64,000 nt of DNA from Eledone cirrhosa (GCA_964016885.1 OZ024741.1:231880001-231944000), one strand, 5' to 3'; shown: positions 14,076 through 27,277, numbered from the stretch's first letter. Notes: generated by a model from the sequence alone, not told the origin. Numbers and translations: made by a program.

Positions 14076-14560
14076 ATACTTTGGGAGGGTCATATTGCCA
14101 ATAAGAAACACACGCACCAGTTGCTTTCACTTCAATTTATTATAATAAATTTATAAATTCATAAATTTCCGGTTGGTTGGTGCCACAAACAGATGGTTGT
14201 TTATATATTGTCAAAGTTCTTTCGTCACACATTCTGAGCACACAACACACGCACAGAAACACAATGTCGTAGGACAGAACAAAGGAGAAGCACAGACACA
14301 AAGAAAATAATCCTCAGTCACTGAATAGGTCACATAATGTGTGACGAAAGAACTTTGACAATATATAAACAACCATCTGGTTGTGGAACCAACCAACCGG
14401 AAATTTATAAATTTATAAATTCCTAAATTTATAAATTGAAGTGAAAGCAACTGGTGCGTGTGTTTCTTATTGGCAACATGACCCTCCCAAAGTATAACAA
14501 TATCGGTTTCAACACACGTTTTCAGATAAAGAATCTTGCTAAACAAATTCAGAAACGAAA
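14068..14560. mobile_element. Fold-back non-coding element within (TA)n
   Basis: ~165-bp inverted arms at 14068-14233 and 14336-14503 with a ~100-bp spacer. (TA)n on both sides. Confidence 0.75.
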
Positions 14561-14589
14561 TATATATATACATATATACATATATATAT

Positions 14590-14677
<88 letters not shown>

Positions 14678-14863
14678 AAATGGGGAGAAGAATACTGCTG
14701 GTTGCACATGGATAACATGTAATAAAATAAGTCCCTCATCAGTGATTTGCCGACGATCATAGATATTTCATTGCATTAAAAATCATATACCTCACGTCGG
14801 TGCAATAATAACTAAATTAAGTTATTAGGACAATTAAAACGCGTAAAGCGAGTGAGACAAGAT

Positions 14864-14897
<34 letters not shown>

Positions 14898-16539
14898 GTC
14901 TCAGCTGTCTTCAGTGGATCACTTCAGTTTCGAATATCTTTAATGCATTCTAAACTTTAGTGATTCACAGAAATCAGATAAGCAGGAATTGTCCTTGTGA
15001 TTTTGTCTTCCGTGTTTTCACCCACGATATTTAAATAAGATTTATTGGTAACCACTCTTTTTTAATTCTACATTATATATACAAGAATTCTCTTAGCATA
15101 CCAGTTGTAAACCCCTTAATGATGCCCGAACGAAAATGATAAACAGAGATGGTCTAATGACCTCGTTCGTTGCACTTCTATACAGGGCTTGCATGACCCT
15201 ATGAATCCATTTGTCTACACTTTAATTATTTAGCAACCACAGGATTACAAAGCAGTTGATTCCGAAAAGTTTTCTCCATATCAGGAAATGGCAGGTGTAG
15301 AGGTTTACTCTTAGCTAATTACTTCTGCTGTTGTCGGATCAAAACGAGGGCATCAGTAGTAATCCTATTTGAACATCACTCTGTCTCTAGTTATTTGTTT
15401 CATATCCCTTTCAATAACTTGTATTACCTCATCCATCAATTTCATGCCTTTTACTTACCTCTCTCTAGTGCACCTCCTTTACCCTTGTAGCAATCCTCAA
15501 TGTACTACTTATATATATTTTTTTAATATATATATTTATGTGTATTTGGTGTATACGTTCGTATGTGTGCGGGTACAGGCGTTGCGTGGGTTCTGTATGT
15601 GCGTGCGTGTTCTTGTGTACGTGCTTGTATTTGCATACCCATGGCGGGTGTTTTCGCGTATGCATGTGTATGTACGTATATGGATGCGTGCATGTTTATA
15701 TTTTTGTTGTTCAATTACCTCTGTAATTTATTTACATTATTCTTAACCCTGAAGCCGAGAATCATTCGGTTTCCTAAATAGAATTTTAGTCGACGACTTC
15801 ATTTATACCATAAACGTGGTTTTGACTTTGCGTGTAATTATTCTCACCGCTTCACACGATGATGTATTATCTTCGTTTTTTTCCGTTCATTGCCAGACAA
15901 CGTCTCCATGAACCACCTAATAGAATATTAGTCTACGACTTCATTCATACCATAAACGTGGTTTTGTCTTTGCGTGGAATTGTTTTCTCAGCTCCAAATA
16001 ATGACATTTTTTTTTCGTTTTTTTCCCGTTCTTTGCCAGGGAACGTTTCCACAAACCAAAGTATCGTCTTCCTGTCTTCCTTCGGTTGTAACGTTTTTCG
16101 AAATATTTACTTCTGCGTTCACAGATTGATTTTTTTAGTTTCAGAAGATCCCGTTAAGGGTGAAAGCAGCGATTCTTTGCTTAAACTTTAATCTGTTATT
16201 TTAATAATTATTTGCTCTACGGTTCTTATATATTTGATATATATTTATCCTTATCGAGCCCTCTTCGGATTTTAGTCTTCAAATTTGTTATTATTACTAT
16301 ATATATATATAATTTAAAACAAAAACCAAAAACAATACCGAAGAGTGCAGTAGAAAGTTATTGTATTAGGTTCACGCTTGAGAGTGGGGTAGTTTTCTGC
16401 TAGCATGTGTAGTGTGCATATTGATATTATACGCAAGTATACATGCATGTAGATATGATACATTAAATAAAATCGTAATTGACAATATACACAGAAATTG
16501 AACAAAGACTGCGTTACATTAAAAAAGACGATATTATAT

Positions 16540-16712
16540 AGAGGGTTGGACGCCATGCTTTCGAGTATAATTACGTCCCTTTACGGTCTGATTTCAAATC
16601 CCATCGAGGTTAACTTTGCCTTTCATCCTTACACATACACAACATACCTACACCGATAAGAAGGTAATGCACTGGCTAATTGCTGGCCTTGTGCCAAAAG
16701 TAGAAACAATTA
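16540..16712 (+). mobile_element. SINE copy (altered middle)
   Basis: Head, core and tail match the SINE family. Confidence 0.75.
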
Positions 16713-16999
16713 TATATAAACTGCATTAGGAGAAAGTTAGTGACGGAAATATATGAATGTTTATTTAAGCGATCGCTAAACGGAAGTGTTGACATTTGAA
16801 TATTTTAAAGAAGTGAATCGTTAAATAAGCAATAAAATACATTTAATCAAAAGCTACGGAATTTAGTAGATAAATTATGTAATATTTATTCATTATTTAT
16901 TCAAAGTAATCCAACTTATTTTACAAACGGGATAACAAATTATATTCTGGATGAAATCCCGCACTCCTTTCTCTACTATAGTTAAGATAGATATATATC

Positions 17000-18050
17000 A
17001 ATACTACTAGCCTCTCACTCAACAGTCGTTTTCTGCCGGCTCCACCTCCTTCCCTCCGTCTCACATATTACCCTGCCATCATCACCCTCTCGCCCCACTC
17101 ATTTGACTTGACCATCTTGATCACTTCCTGTTGCGCATGCAACATTCTATTTTAATCCTCTCCATTTTTTTATTCTCTTCATTTTGTCGACCCTACCACA
17201 ATGAATCTATCACTTGGATATCGACACGATTTTACATCCGGATGTTTAACATCCACATATATACACACCGAAATCCATTCAGAAACTTAGACACACACAG
17301 ACACTCGCACTATTTTCGCACACACACAACTACACATTTCCCTCGAACCCACATCGCCTACTGACACATCAGGCATCGTCGTCTCTTAACCACACAAACA
17401 CACACACGTGCACCCCACCTCTGGATTTGACACAATCTCATCTCACCCTATCCGAACCGTTCCATCCATACACATACACACCACAGCTACACCCATAAGA
17501 AGAGTATACACTCACAGACATACACTCCATTCCAAGACACAATGGGTTTTTAAAACCCACAATCACATACACACTCGCCTCTCGCACACTCTCGCGCTTA
17601 CACACACATCCACGGATACACGCACACACACCTACATTGAATAACACGCACACACCTCACCTTCCGCCATCCCCGCTCGGACTTCATTTTTCCTTCCCCC
17701 CTCGCACTACCCCACCCCACTCATACCTTACGCACCACCACACCCGTGCCTTCCATAAACCTCTCTCACTTTTTAATATTCTGTTGTTGTTTTTTTAATT
17801 CTGTGTTTTCTCTATATATTTCGTTTAATACTTTTTCTATTTAATTTCACTTCATGTTTTATATTATTTTTTATTTTTATTTTTCCCGCTAACTCCCCAC
17901 TCCCACCCGGAGTTCCACCCCCTCCCCTACTCTCCTGATGGAGGATTTATGTCCGAAACGTCGTTGACAACGTCCCCGCTCTCACCAAGCGTGAAGCTAA
18001 TTATACCATGTACCATTTACTCCTGCGTTTGTTTGTTTATTTGTTATTTC
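17000..18050 (+). mobile_element. C/A-rich degenerate repeat ending in a hammerhead-like motif (probable PLE pseudo-LTR remnant)
   Basis: CTGATGGA-GGAT-TTAT-GTCC-GAAACGT...ACGTC at 17935-17974, followed by (CT)n(TA)n. Confidence 0.4.
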
Positions 18051-18051
18051 G

Positions 18052-18125
<74 letters not shown>

Positions 18126-18412
18126 AAATAACGAAACGAAATTAAATTTCGTTTCGTTTGTAACTCACTTTTGTATGACTGACGCTTAAACTATTAAGTT
18201 AAAAATGTACATCCACATATGTATACTGAAATACTAGTATGCATATGAATACACACACGTGTACATATGTAGATGTACCGAGTTTTTCACTGGTCACTTT
18301 ACTGTGAGTGTCCAGATATTCTGTATGTAAACACACAGACAAACCGGTTTTTAGAGTCATACTGGTTTTTGAGGAAACACCTTTCCTCTATTCTCCAGAA
18401 AGCCAGACAGGG

Positions 18413-18457
18413 AATATTGGACTAGTTTCGATGTTGTTACATCTCATCAGCAATATT
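18413..18457 (-). ncRNA. Type I minimal hammerhead ribozyme (mirror copy)
   Basis: Exact reverse complement of 19003-19047. Confidence 0.9.
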
Positions 18458-19002
18458 TACCCATCTTCCGGCCTTTCTAGAGAATCGTAAAAACACATAT
18501 CGTTATATGATTTTTCTATGAAAATTAGTAGTGGGCAGACTAATTTGCATAGAGCGTGAGTACGTACCGGTTCAACGGAGACGATAAAAACAAATAACGA
18601 AACGAAATTAAATTTCGTTTCGTTTGTAACTCACTTTTGTATGACTGACGCTTAAACAATTAAGTTAAAAATGTACATCCACATATGTATCCAGATGTAC
18701 CGAGTGAAAAACTCGGTACATCTACATATGTACACGTGTGTGTATTCATATGCATACTAGTATTTCAGTATACATATGTGGATGTACATTTTTAACTTAA
18801 TTGTTTAAGCGTCAGTCATACAAAAGTGAGTTACAAACGAAACGAAATTTAATTTCGTTTCGTTATTTGTTTTTATCGTCTCCGTTGAACCGGTGCGTAC
18901 TCACGCTCTATGCAAATTAGTCTGCCCACTACTAATTTTCATAGAAAAATCATATAACGATATGTGCTTTTACGATTCTCTAGAAAGGCCGGAAGATGGG
19001 TA

Positions 19003-19047
19003 AATATTGCTGATGAGATGTAACAACATCGAAACTAGTCCAATATT
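19003..19047 (+). ncRNA. Type I minimal hammerhead ribozyme
   Basis: AATATTG (stem I)-CTGATGA-GATGT/AACA/ACATC (stem II)-GAAA-C TA G-TC^-CAATATT (stem I'). All core nucleotides are intact, and stem III is the palindrome ACTAGT. Predicted cleavage after 19040. Confidence 0.92.
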
Positions 19048-19527
19048 CCTTGTCTGGCTTTCTGGAGAATAGAGGAAAGGTGTTTCCTCAAAAACCAGTA
19101 TGACTCTAAAAACCGGTTTGTCTGTGTGTTTACATACAGAATAGCTGGACACTCACAGTAAAGTGACCAGTGAAAAACTCGGTACATCTACATATGTACA
19201 CGTGTGTGTATTCATATGCATACTAGTATTTCAGTATACATATGTGGATGTACATTTTTAACTTAATTATATATATATATATATATATATAATCTGCTCA
19301 CGCGGTCCACATGTCTGGAAACACCTTTTATATAACTACAAAGCTCCGGATTGAATAATTAGAACATTCTAATTTTCTAATCAAATCAAACATTTTAATC
19401 CGGACTTTCACAGTTATCTCTCTCACACATTTCGCCCTTTACCCGTGGTTTTGTATCGCTTGGGTGAAGTGTTCGTTTCTGCGCATGCACGTTCATATGG
19501 TTATCCTTCCTGTTCCGTATAACCATG

Positions 19528-19580
19528 ACCAGTCCGAACTGAAGATCCGTGTAAGGTGAAACAATTGTACCCGGTATGGT
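19528..19580 (+). ncRNA. Hammerhead-like motif (partly degenerate)
   Basis: CTGAAGA-TCC GTGTAA GGT-GAAAC-AATT-GTA with palindromic ACAATTGT stem III. Stem I pairs only partly (ACCA/TGGT, CCG/CGG). Lies in a ~310-bp segment between two (TA)n tracts. Confidence 0.55.
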
Positions 19581-19598
19581 GAACTAACTGTTGTGTTA

Positions 19599-19649
<51 letters not shown>

Positions 19650-19653
<4 letters not shown>

Positions 19654-20559
19654 AATGCATGTGTATGGTGAACATGTGTGCGTAAGTACATATATGAGGG
19701 TAAGTATATGTGTGTATGTGTGACCACAAATACGGATATAATATGAGTTGAAAAAGAAAATGATGATATAGTTGACACGCGTCCAGATACAGGTATTAAA
19801 TACACATACGAGTATGGAAGCACGCGTATAAACACACACACATGCACCTTTGTCTGTACGTATTTGTGTGTATAAATATTTTCTTTATAGATATATGTTT
19901 TTTATAGATATATGTGTATGTACGTGCGTCCCTATGTTTGTTTTCTTTTCTCTAGTGTTAATTGATTACTTTCTCTTTCATTTAAAAATGTTTTTCATTC
20001 TCATATACTGTTTCATTTTTATACATATATCGAGAATGACATTTCTTTTCACTATTACACTCCCTTCCCTATTTATCTTCCGCATATAGGTGACCGCGCG
20101 CGTGTGTGTGTGCTTATACGCGTGCTTTCATACTCGTATGTGTATTTAATACCTGTATCTGGATGCGTGTCAACTATATTATCATTTTCTTTTTCAACTC
20201 ATATTATATCCGTATTTGTGGTCACACATACACAAATATACTTGCCCTCATATATGTACTCACGCACACATTTTCACCATACACATGCATTTGTACATAC
20301 ATACATATGTACATTTGTAAGTGTATATACATACATATACACATACCTAACTATATTTCCTTATATTTTTTATATATTTTTTTATATTTTTTAATATATC
20401 TCTTGCATTACTTTTACTTATATATTTTTTGCATTTCTTGAGGAGACTTTCCAAATGTTTCACTATGTTTTATATTACCTTGTCCGACGAACAAATGAGG
20501 ATGTTTTTTTCCTATTCGTCTTATTCGGGAAACCTCTGATAATGAGGTAATTATATTGT

Positions 20560-20560
<1 letters not shown>
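19650..20560 (+). mobile_element. Fold-back element within (TA)n with degenerate hammerhead
   Basis: 19650-19848 is the reverse complement of ~20090-20295. At 20474-20551, ATTACCTTGT-CCGACGA...GAAA...ATA-ATGAGGTAAT gives a 10-bp stem I including two G-U pairs. Confidence 0.65.
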
Positions 20561-20609
<49 letters not shown>

Positions 20610-20612
<3 letters not shown>

Positions 20613-21965
20613 TAAGATAACAATACAATCTTACATTTGCAAGAGTCTATCCTCAGATCTCGTGCCGATTTCGACACGAGGATTTAGATCCCTCCTGCTC
20701 CGGTGTAGCTGAGTTGTATTGTCTATGTGTTGGCAGGTTGGTATTGTAGGGCTTGAAATTTTCCAGTATTAAACTTCATGCTGTTGTCCTCGGCCCATTC
20801 GTATATGGCATACAGATCCTATTATAAAAGTGCAGCATCAGTGCCGAGTTATTTTATTGCCTATGTTACCTTTGTCTCATCAACGTAGCAAGTGAGGGGT
20901 GTTGTATTTACTACAGAAGGCAATTTCTGAGAGAGCTACCAAAAACGGTAGCTGTCCGAAGACTGTACCCGGGGGCACCCCGCTTGTTGTTGATATTTTT
21001 TTCTTTTCAGTTGAACCCACTGGCTGTAACTATCTGGCTTATGTCTTTTAAGAAATCATGTAACCATTCACCTACATTTACAGTTATATCGACCTAGTCG
21101 ACCTAGTCAAAGGCGTTCGCAAAGTCAGGATACGTCACGTACACATATGAGTTGTCTAACAGTCGTTTCAGTACGCAGTCGTAGTGTTGTAACAGCTGTG
21201 TAAGGGAGCTTCTTCCTGGGCGAAAGACACGCTGATTGCTAGTCAGTGGGTCATTTTCCTCGAGGAACGTGATCAGTTTCTTTTTGATGATTCGTTCCAT
21301 GACGTTAATGATATGTGACGCCAGGGAGACTGGCCTGTAGATTTTGGCCTCCGCTCTTCTTCGTCCTTTATGGATAGGGCATAATGTGCCATCTTTTAGC
21401 TCTCTGGATAGTTTACCGCTAGCCAAAGAATTTTCCGAAGAGTATCTTCAGTGGTCTTGCTAAGGCACGTTTACATGTTTTTAGGGGGACAGCTGGTAAT
21501 CCATCAGGTCTAGCTGCTGAGTTTGTTTTAATTTCTTCTATGGCAGATATCATAACTCCTTCCGTTATGTCTATGTGGTTGATGATCCCCCTTTCTTTGT
21601 GGAATGTTGTGGCATCAAAGACATCCTCTAGCTTTGTTATTTGCATGTGGCTCAATGGGGGTGGGAACATACATTTGTACTTTATATTCAGTATTTCACT
21701 TATCTCATGGGGATCTTCGGTTATTAAACCATTTTAATTGCTATATGCCGAGGCAGTTTCTTTGGCAAGTTTAAAGAAGGCCTTAGGATTTGTTTTGATA
21801 TTTTCTATGACCCTGGCTTCTTTCTATGCCCTCTCCTTCTCATGTGAATGTTTGAGTGCAGTTTCAATTTCAAGAAGTGCCTGTTTCAGATATCGTTCCT
21901 TCTTATTCATCTGTTGTGCATATAACTGGTTTGATATTTGTGTCCGTTGGCCCTTTTCCTCTTAA
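20610..21965 (-). mobile_element. CR1-group LINE RT fragment
   Basis: YRPVSLASHI, FRPGRSSLTQLL, YPDFANAFD, GVPPGTVFG and MKFNTGKFQAL motifs; degenerate. Confidence 0.75.
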
Positions 21966-22216
21966 CTAGAAGGCATTCTAAATATTTATTCGTAAACATT
22001 AGATATACGAAATTTACATACTTATATGTATACAGCTATTTTGGAGTTAAAATTGTGATTTATATATATAATATATATGCATTTATGTAACTGTATATAT
22101 ATGCCTATCAATGTCTGCTTCAGTCAATGTATTGATGTGTTTAGGCTCGTTGCTTGAATACGAACATCTTGCACAAAACAAACAAACAAACATGTGTTTC
22201 GCACTTTTCTTTTCAG

Positions 22217-22297
22217 ATTGCGAACATCCTACTGCCTGCCTGACAGATGAGAAATATATGTTTGACAATTGTGCGGAGCGTTGTTCAAGGAATGGGA
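22217..22297 (+). CDS. Putative internal exon, small 4-Cys (ShK-like) module
   Basis: Polypyrimidine TTTTCTTTTCAG acceptor and GTAAGT donor. 81 nt, phase 1-1, DCEHPTACLTDEKYMFDNCAERCSRNG. Confidence 0.65.
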
Positions 22298-22439
22298 GTA
22301 AGTATTCTGGAATTTAATGTTTATCATCAACTTAGTATCAATGCAATTATTAGACAAGTTATTTCTTCTTTTTCTTCTTCTTGAATATCTCCTAGATCTC
22401 TCAGTCCTCAGCCTATCGGGCAGTGGGATTTGTGGAGAC

Positions 22440-23315
22440 CCCGCCTTAGCTTTTTATAGAAGTTAAGTGCCGGATAAAAATGACGACGTTCTCGGGGAGA
22501 CTGTAATGTTCGAATAAAATCAATTAGCTACTCTTTACTAGAGAAAATTCAGTCCAGGACCCATGGATTACTTCCAGATATCCCTGGCCTGACAGCTTTG
22601 CAGAGGAACTTTATCAGTTCAGGGCTACTTGTAGATGCATAGAAATGACGTGAACCAGGTTTGTCCGAGATTTGCCTAGGATGACCAAACCTTCCGGCAC
22701 GGAATGTTCGTGTGGCCGGGCATTGCTAGTTTGTGGGTATATGCCGCACACCTTCTGTCAGCTGTGGAACAAATCCTTATATCAACTGAGTCCATTGTGA
22801 AGATCGCCCTTCCAGCTCCATTTAGAGTGGTAGGAGGGGCGAAAGTGGTCGTGCGGTGGACGTGCTTGAAAGGTTTGAAGACAAGCACTTACCTCTTCGT
22901 TGATATCAATACTGACTTTTTCAGGTATCACCTGAAGAGTAAGATAGATCAGTGTGGAGAGGGAAATGCTGCCTTCCAATCAATTTGCTGGAAGATAGGT
23001 GAAAATGGCGAGCATGGTCCGAGTGAATTGGTTTGCTCTGATTATTCGCCTGTAAATTGGAGGACATATCTGAGATAGGGAACTTGCCTTAGCGGTCAAG
23101 GCTACCATTTCTTTTTGTCGGATTTCCCGAGAGTGAATTTGGAGGTGTACCCAATTTTAGGGAATTTGTTATGTTTTTATTTTTAATGTTTATACTTTTT
23201 ATAAGTCTTCCATATAAACATTTCCCTCACACAAGAAAACCCACTGGACTGTCCTCTACCGTCTTTATAATTCCCTTAATCTAAGACCTATGAAGCCAAT
23301 AAAGGAAACATTATT
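22440..23315 (+). mobile_element. Tx1-clade 3' fragment
   Basis: STESIVKI...WTCLKGLKTS homologous to other Tx1 copies. Ends GCCAATAAAGGAAACATTATT. Confidence 0.75.
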
Positions 23316-23319
23316 GATA

Positions 23320-24710
23320 TTTGAGTCTGACATTTATGTTAGTTAACTAGAAAGTTTGTTGAAATGAATATCAAGCCACTACCTGCAGCCTCACATATTC
23401 AGGACGTATCGGAGGGTTCTTGCTGTTCCCAGCAAGCAGGCCTTTTGAAGTCTTCCAAAAAGTGGGGATGGACTAATCTTCTTTCACAATCCTTGGAAAC
23501 TCTTTGAGATAGTACGTAGTGCGTCTATGACAACCTTGATTTTATGGCAGTTCCAAATCCTTTTTAACTGCCACTTTAAATCTTGGTGTCGGTTAATTTT
23601 CTCCCTCTCCTTTTCTTGCATACTCGTCTCAAATGGGCAGGCTACATCTACAATCAGACACGATCTTTTTTCTTTGTCCAAAACCACCAGGTCAGGCCTA
23701 GTTTGTTCTAATTTCTTGTCCGTCTGTATCCTAAAATCCCATAGCACCTTCAATGCATCGTTCTCTATCACCGACTCTGGCTTGTGCTCATACGACTTCT
23801 CACAATGTGGTAAATACTTTAGTTTGCATAGGTGCCAGTGGATCACCCTGCCCATCACATCATGTCTCCAGCCTTCATAGTGAATCTGAGCTAGGTGTTT
23901 ACACTCGGAAACAATGTGAGCCACAGTCTCCTCTCTCTCACTCCTCTGATCTTACACAGTGAGCTAGCCTCCTCCTTGTCAATATGGTGTTTCACCCACT
24001 TCGTTTTGAGGGCTTGATCTTGTGCAGCAATAGCCTTCCTTCTGTAGCTTTTTTAAGGTCTTCTCTTTTTAACCACTTCCATGTCTGTGTATCTCTAAAT
24101 TCCGTTTTCTTAAAGAAGGTGCTATGAAGGAAATTATCATTAAGGTTGCTATGCCTCCTTGTTGTTATTTCCTCCTTGGAATCCCCTGGTCTATTGTCTT
24201 CTCCTTCAGTACAATTTTGAGCATTGTCTCCCTACTGTCAGCCACATATTTGTGCAGATTGTTTTTTCTCCATCTGAACACAGTCCTCTATGCTGATAAA
24301 ACCTATTCCACCTTCAGATCTCTTTAAGTAGAGTCCATCAAGATCACTCCTTTTGTGGGATATGTTGTACATAGTCAATAGCTTCCTAGTCTTCCTATCC
24401 ATTTCATTTTGTTCAGCAACATTCCATTTCAGAATTCCCGCACTGTACCTAATAATAGACACAGCTCGGGAATTTACTGCACTTATGACATTCCTACTAT
24501 TTAGATGTGATTTTAATATGTTCCTTACTCTCCTTATGTATTCAGATCTTATCAATTGCTTTATTTTTTGTCCTTGATGTCATCTGCCTCCTGATAAATA
24601 TGTGTATCCCTCTTCAGTGTCAATTTCCTTTATCATCTCATCTGTTGGTACCTGGATTCCGTTGCTTCTGCTCAATTTACCCCTCTTCATCACTAGGACT
24701 CCACACTTAT
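23320..24710 (-). mobile_element. R4/Dong-clade (RLE) non-LTR retrotransposon, 3' part
   Basis: HIVSEC...RHDVMGRVIHW, LWDFRIQTD and RPDLVV...VDVACP (CCHC plus PD-(D/E)xK endonuclease). Confidence 0.85.
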
Positions 24711-24759
24711 TATTATTAGTATTATTATAATAAAGAAATCATTATTATTATTATTATTT

Positions 24760-27035
24760 TATTTTATTTCATTATTGTTTCTGAGATATATGCCGTGTGT
24801 CTTCCTGACACCTAGGGCAAATACATTCACAGTGTGCATTGGTAAGCCATTTAATACAGCACATTGATTATAATTTTAAAAAAAACAGTATACATACATA
24901 CACATGTGCATATGCATATGTAAATACAAGGAGAGATATCAATCTTACAGAGATAGTGATCTTCTCAATACGTGTGCAGTACCAGTCAAAACAAATTTTT
25001 GCACCTCGTGCAGAGAGGGTAAACCAGGAATCATTCGCAAATATTGTTCTGTTCCTTTCTTGATCATTCCCCGTCCTCCCACAATCACTGATATTGCAAC
25101 GGCCTTGAGGTGCCACATTTTCTCAATTTCAATATGCAGAACTTTATATTTTCGTAGCTTGTCAAATTCTTTTGCTGCGATATTTTGATCACATGGGATG
25201 CTCATATCTATCAATAAACAGACCTTGTTATGTTGATCTTTTACGATGATGTCAGGTCTATATGCTTTTATGGTCCTGTCAGTATATACAGGAAAATCCC
25301 AGAGAATTGTTACTTTTTCTCCTTCAGTTACAGCTTCAGGGTGATGATTGTACCACTTGTCTTCAGCTTTGATTTTGTAATGCCGACATATTACCCAGTG
25401 TAGATATTGGCCAACTCTGTCATGTCTATATTTGTATTCTACTAGTGCTAAAACTTTACATCCAGAGACTAAGTGATCCACTGTTTCAACCTCAGCATTG
25501 CAGAATCAGCACTTTAGATTTATTCCGTTTCTCATCACATTGGTCTGGTAATTACGAGTCAATAAGCTTTGATCTTGGGAAGCAAAGATGAAGCCTTCAC
25601 TCTCCGTCTTTAGCTTTGAACTACGTAGCCACTGATGGGTGTGCTTTTGGTCAACATCAGCTTGTTTGCTACGGGCCACATATTTGCCATGAGGAGGTTT
25701 TCGCTCCCAATTTGATGCTAATTGTCTTTGCCCTTTTGCTTTTACCAGTGATTTTATGTGCCTAGCAGCATCAGTTGCAACAGTTTCTTTAGTCTGTCCA
25801 TCCTGGGTATCAAGCGTGAGATCAGTAGCATATTGTTTGCTCTCTTTCAAGATAGAATGAAGATTCTTACTTCTCTCATGCTTTTCAACAAGTTTCAGCA
25901 TACAGTCGTTAGTTGTTTCAAGGTATTTGGCTAGTCCAATGGTGGTCTTGTAAGCAAGTTCAAATTGGATCAGGCCACGGCCTCCTTGAGCTCTAGGAAG
26001 GTAAAGACGATTCACATCTGCTTTTGGGTGGTGCATCCTATTACAGGTCAGTAGCTTACGGACTTTGGTGTCGATTCTTTTGATTTCACTCATATTCCAG
26101 TTCAACACACCGAAGCTATAAGTGACAACTGGGACTGCCAAGGAATTTATGACTAACACCTTGTTACGGGCGTTTAGTTCTGCTCTCAGAACTGCACGTA
26201 TTCTCCTGTAACATTCTTTCCTTATCCTCTCTTTCATATCTGCATGCTGTATGCCAGAGCCCTCATTAATCCTTAAGTATTTATAGGTTTGTTTCTGCTC
26301 AAGTTCCTTTATGATTGTTTCAGCATCCAATTCAACTGACCCTGAGTTGACAAGCTTCCCCTTCTTGAAAGTGGCTTTTGCACACTTATCAAGTCCAAAC
26401 TCCATCCTGATGTCATCGCTAAACGTTTTTACTGTCCGCAAAAGGCCTTTCAGTTCGTTATTATCTTTGCAATATAGCTTCAAATCATTCATATAAAATA
26501 GGCGGCTTATTTTTTTGTTGTCAATTCTATAACCATACCCTGTTTTATTAAGTTCTGATGTATGCAGAAAAGCAAGGGTAAAAGTGAGTCACCCTGGAAT
26601 ATACCCCAGTTGATGTTTATATTCCTAGAGCACAGTGAAATGAGACAATTGATGATTTGTGTTACATAATGACATATTGTGTTTCGGGAGGTTTGAGATC
26701 ACAGGTGAGATTTTGATGTCCAGTGATTTCAGAATCCATGAGTGTGGTATGCTGTCAAAGGCTTTTTCGTTATCGATCTATACAGAACTGAGATTTCTGT
26801 GTTTACTATGACAGTTCTCAAGAATCATACGATTAATCAAAAGTTGATCTTTGCAACCATACGAACCTCGCCGACACCCTTTTGTTCAATGGGGAAAAGA
26901 TTGTTCTCCTCATAGTTTATAAGTGGTGGAAAAGCAGGTTATGGGCCGATAGTTTTTTGGATCTTTGGTTTCATTGTTCTTTGGTAGAAGGTAGGTAATG
27001 CCACTTGCGATCCAATCAGGTGTATATTTTGGATC
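24760..27035 (-). mobile_element. R4/Dong-clade element, second subfamily (RT + RLE)
   Basis: LFYMNDLKLY, FGLDKCA, RLYLPRAQGGRGL, RHDRVGQYLHW, WDFPVYTD and RPDIIV. (TTA)n at both ends. Confidence 0.9.
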
Positions 27036-27049
27036 TTTATTATTATTAT

Positions 27050-27242
27050 TGGGAATTTTTCATTGTTTCAATTCTCATTTTTATTGTTTATATATATATA
27101 TGTTTCTATGTCTTTATTTTTCTTTTCTTATATAAATAATAAAAATCTTTACACGGACAAAACCCACAGCGTACCATCCTGTACGGTCCTGTGCCGTCTG
27201 TAATGTTTTTCTTGATGTCAGCCCTTGTGGCCAATAAAGAAA

Positions 27243-27277
<35 letters not shown>

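Larger units (their letters stand above)
18126..19268. mobile_element. Head-to-head palindromic retrozyme-like element, 466-bp unit, ~1.2 units per arm
   Basis: AAATAACGAAACG occurs at 18126 and 18592, and GTGAAAAACTCGG at 18704 and 19170 (period 466 in both arms). The arms are reverse complements, each carries a hammerhead, and both are flanked by (TA)n. Confidence 0.9.

Noticed and set aside
14895-14940. Minus-strand CTGAAG...GACAGCTG hammerhead-like string
   Set aside because: Core and stems could not be completed.
17935-17974. Active hammerhead ribozyme
   Set aside because: Extra G in the core (CUGAUGGA) and no stem I pairing; kept only as a decayed remnant.
18308-19152. Duplicated 60-aa ORF on opposite strands
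   Set aside because: GTG-start by-product of the palindrome, antisense to the hammerhead, with no coding signature.
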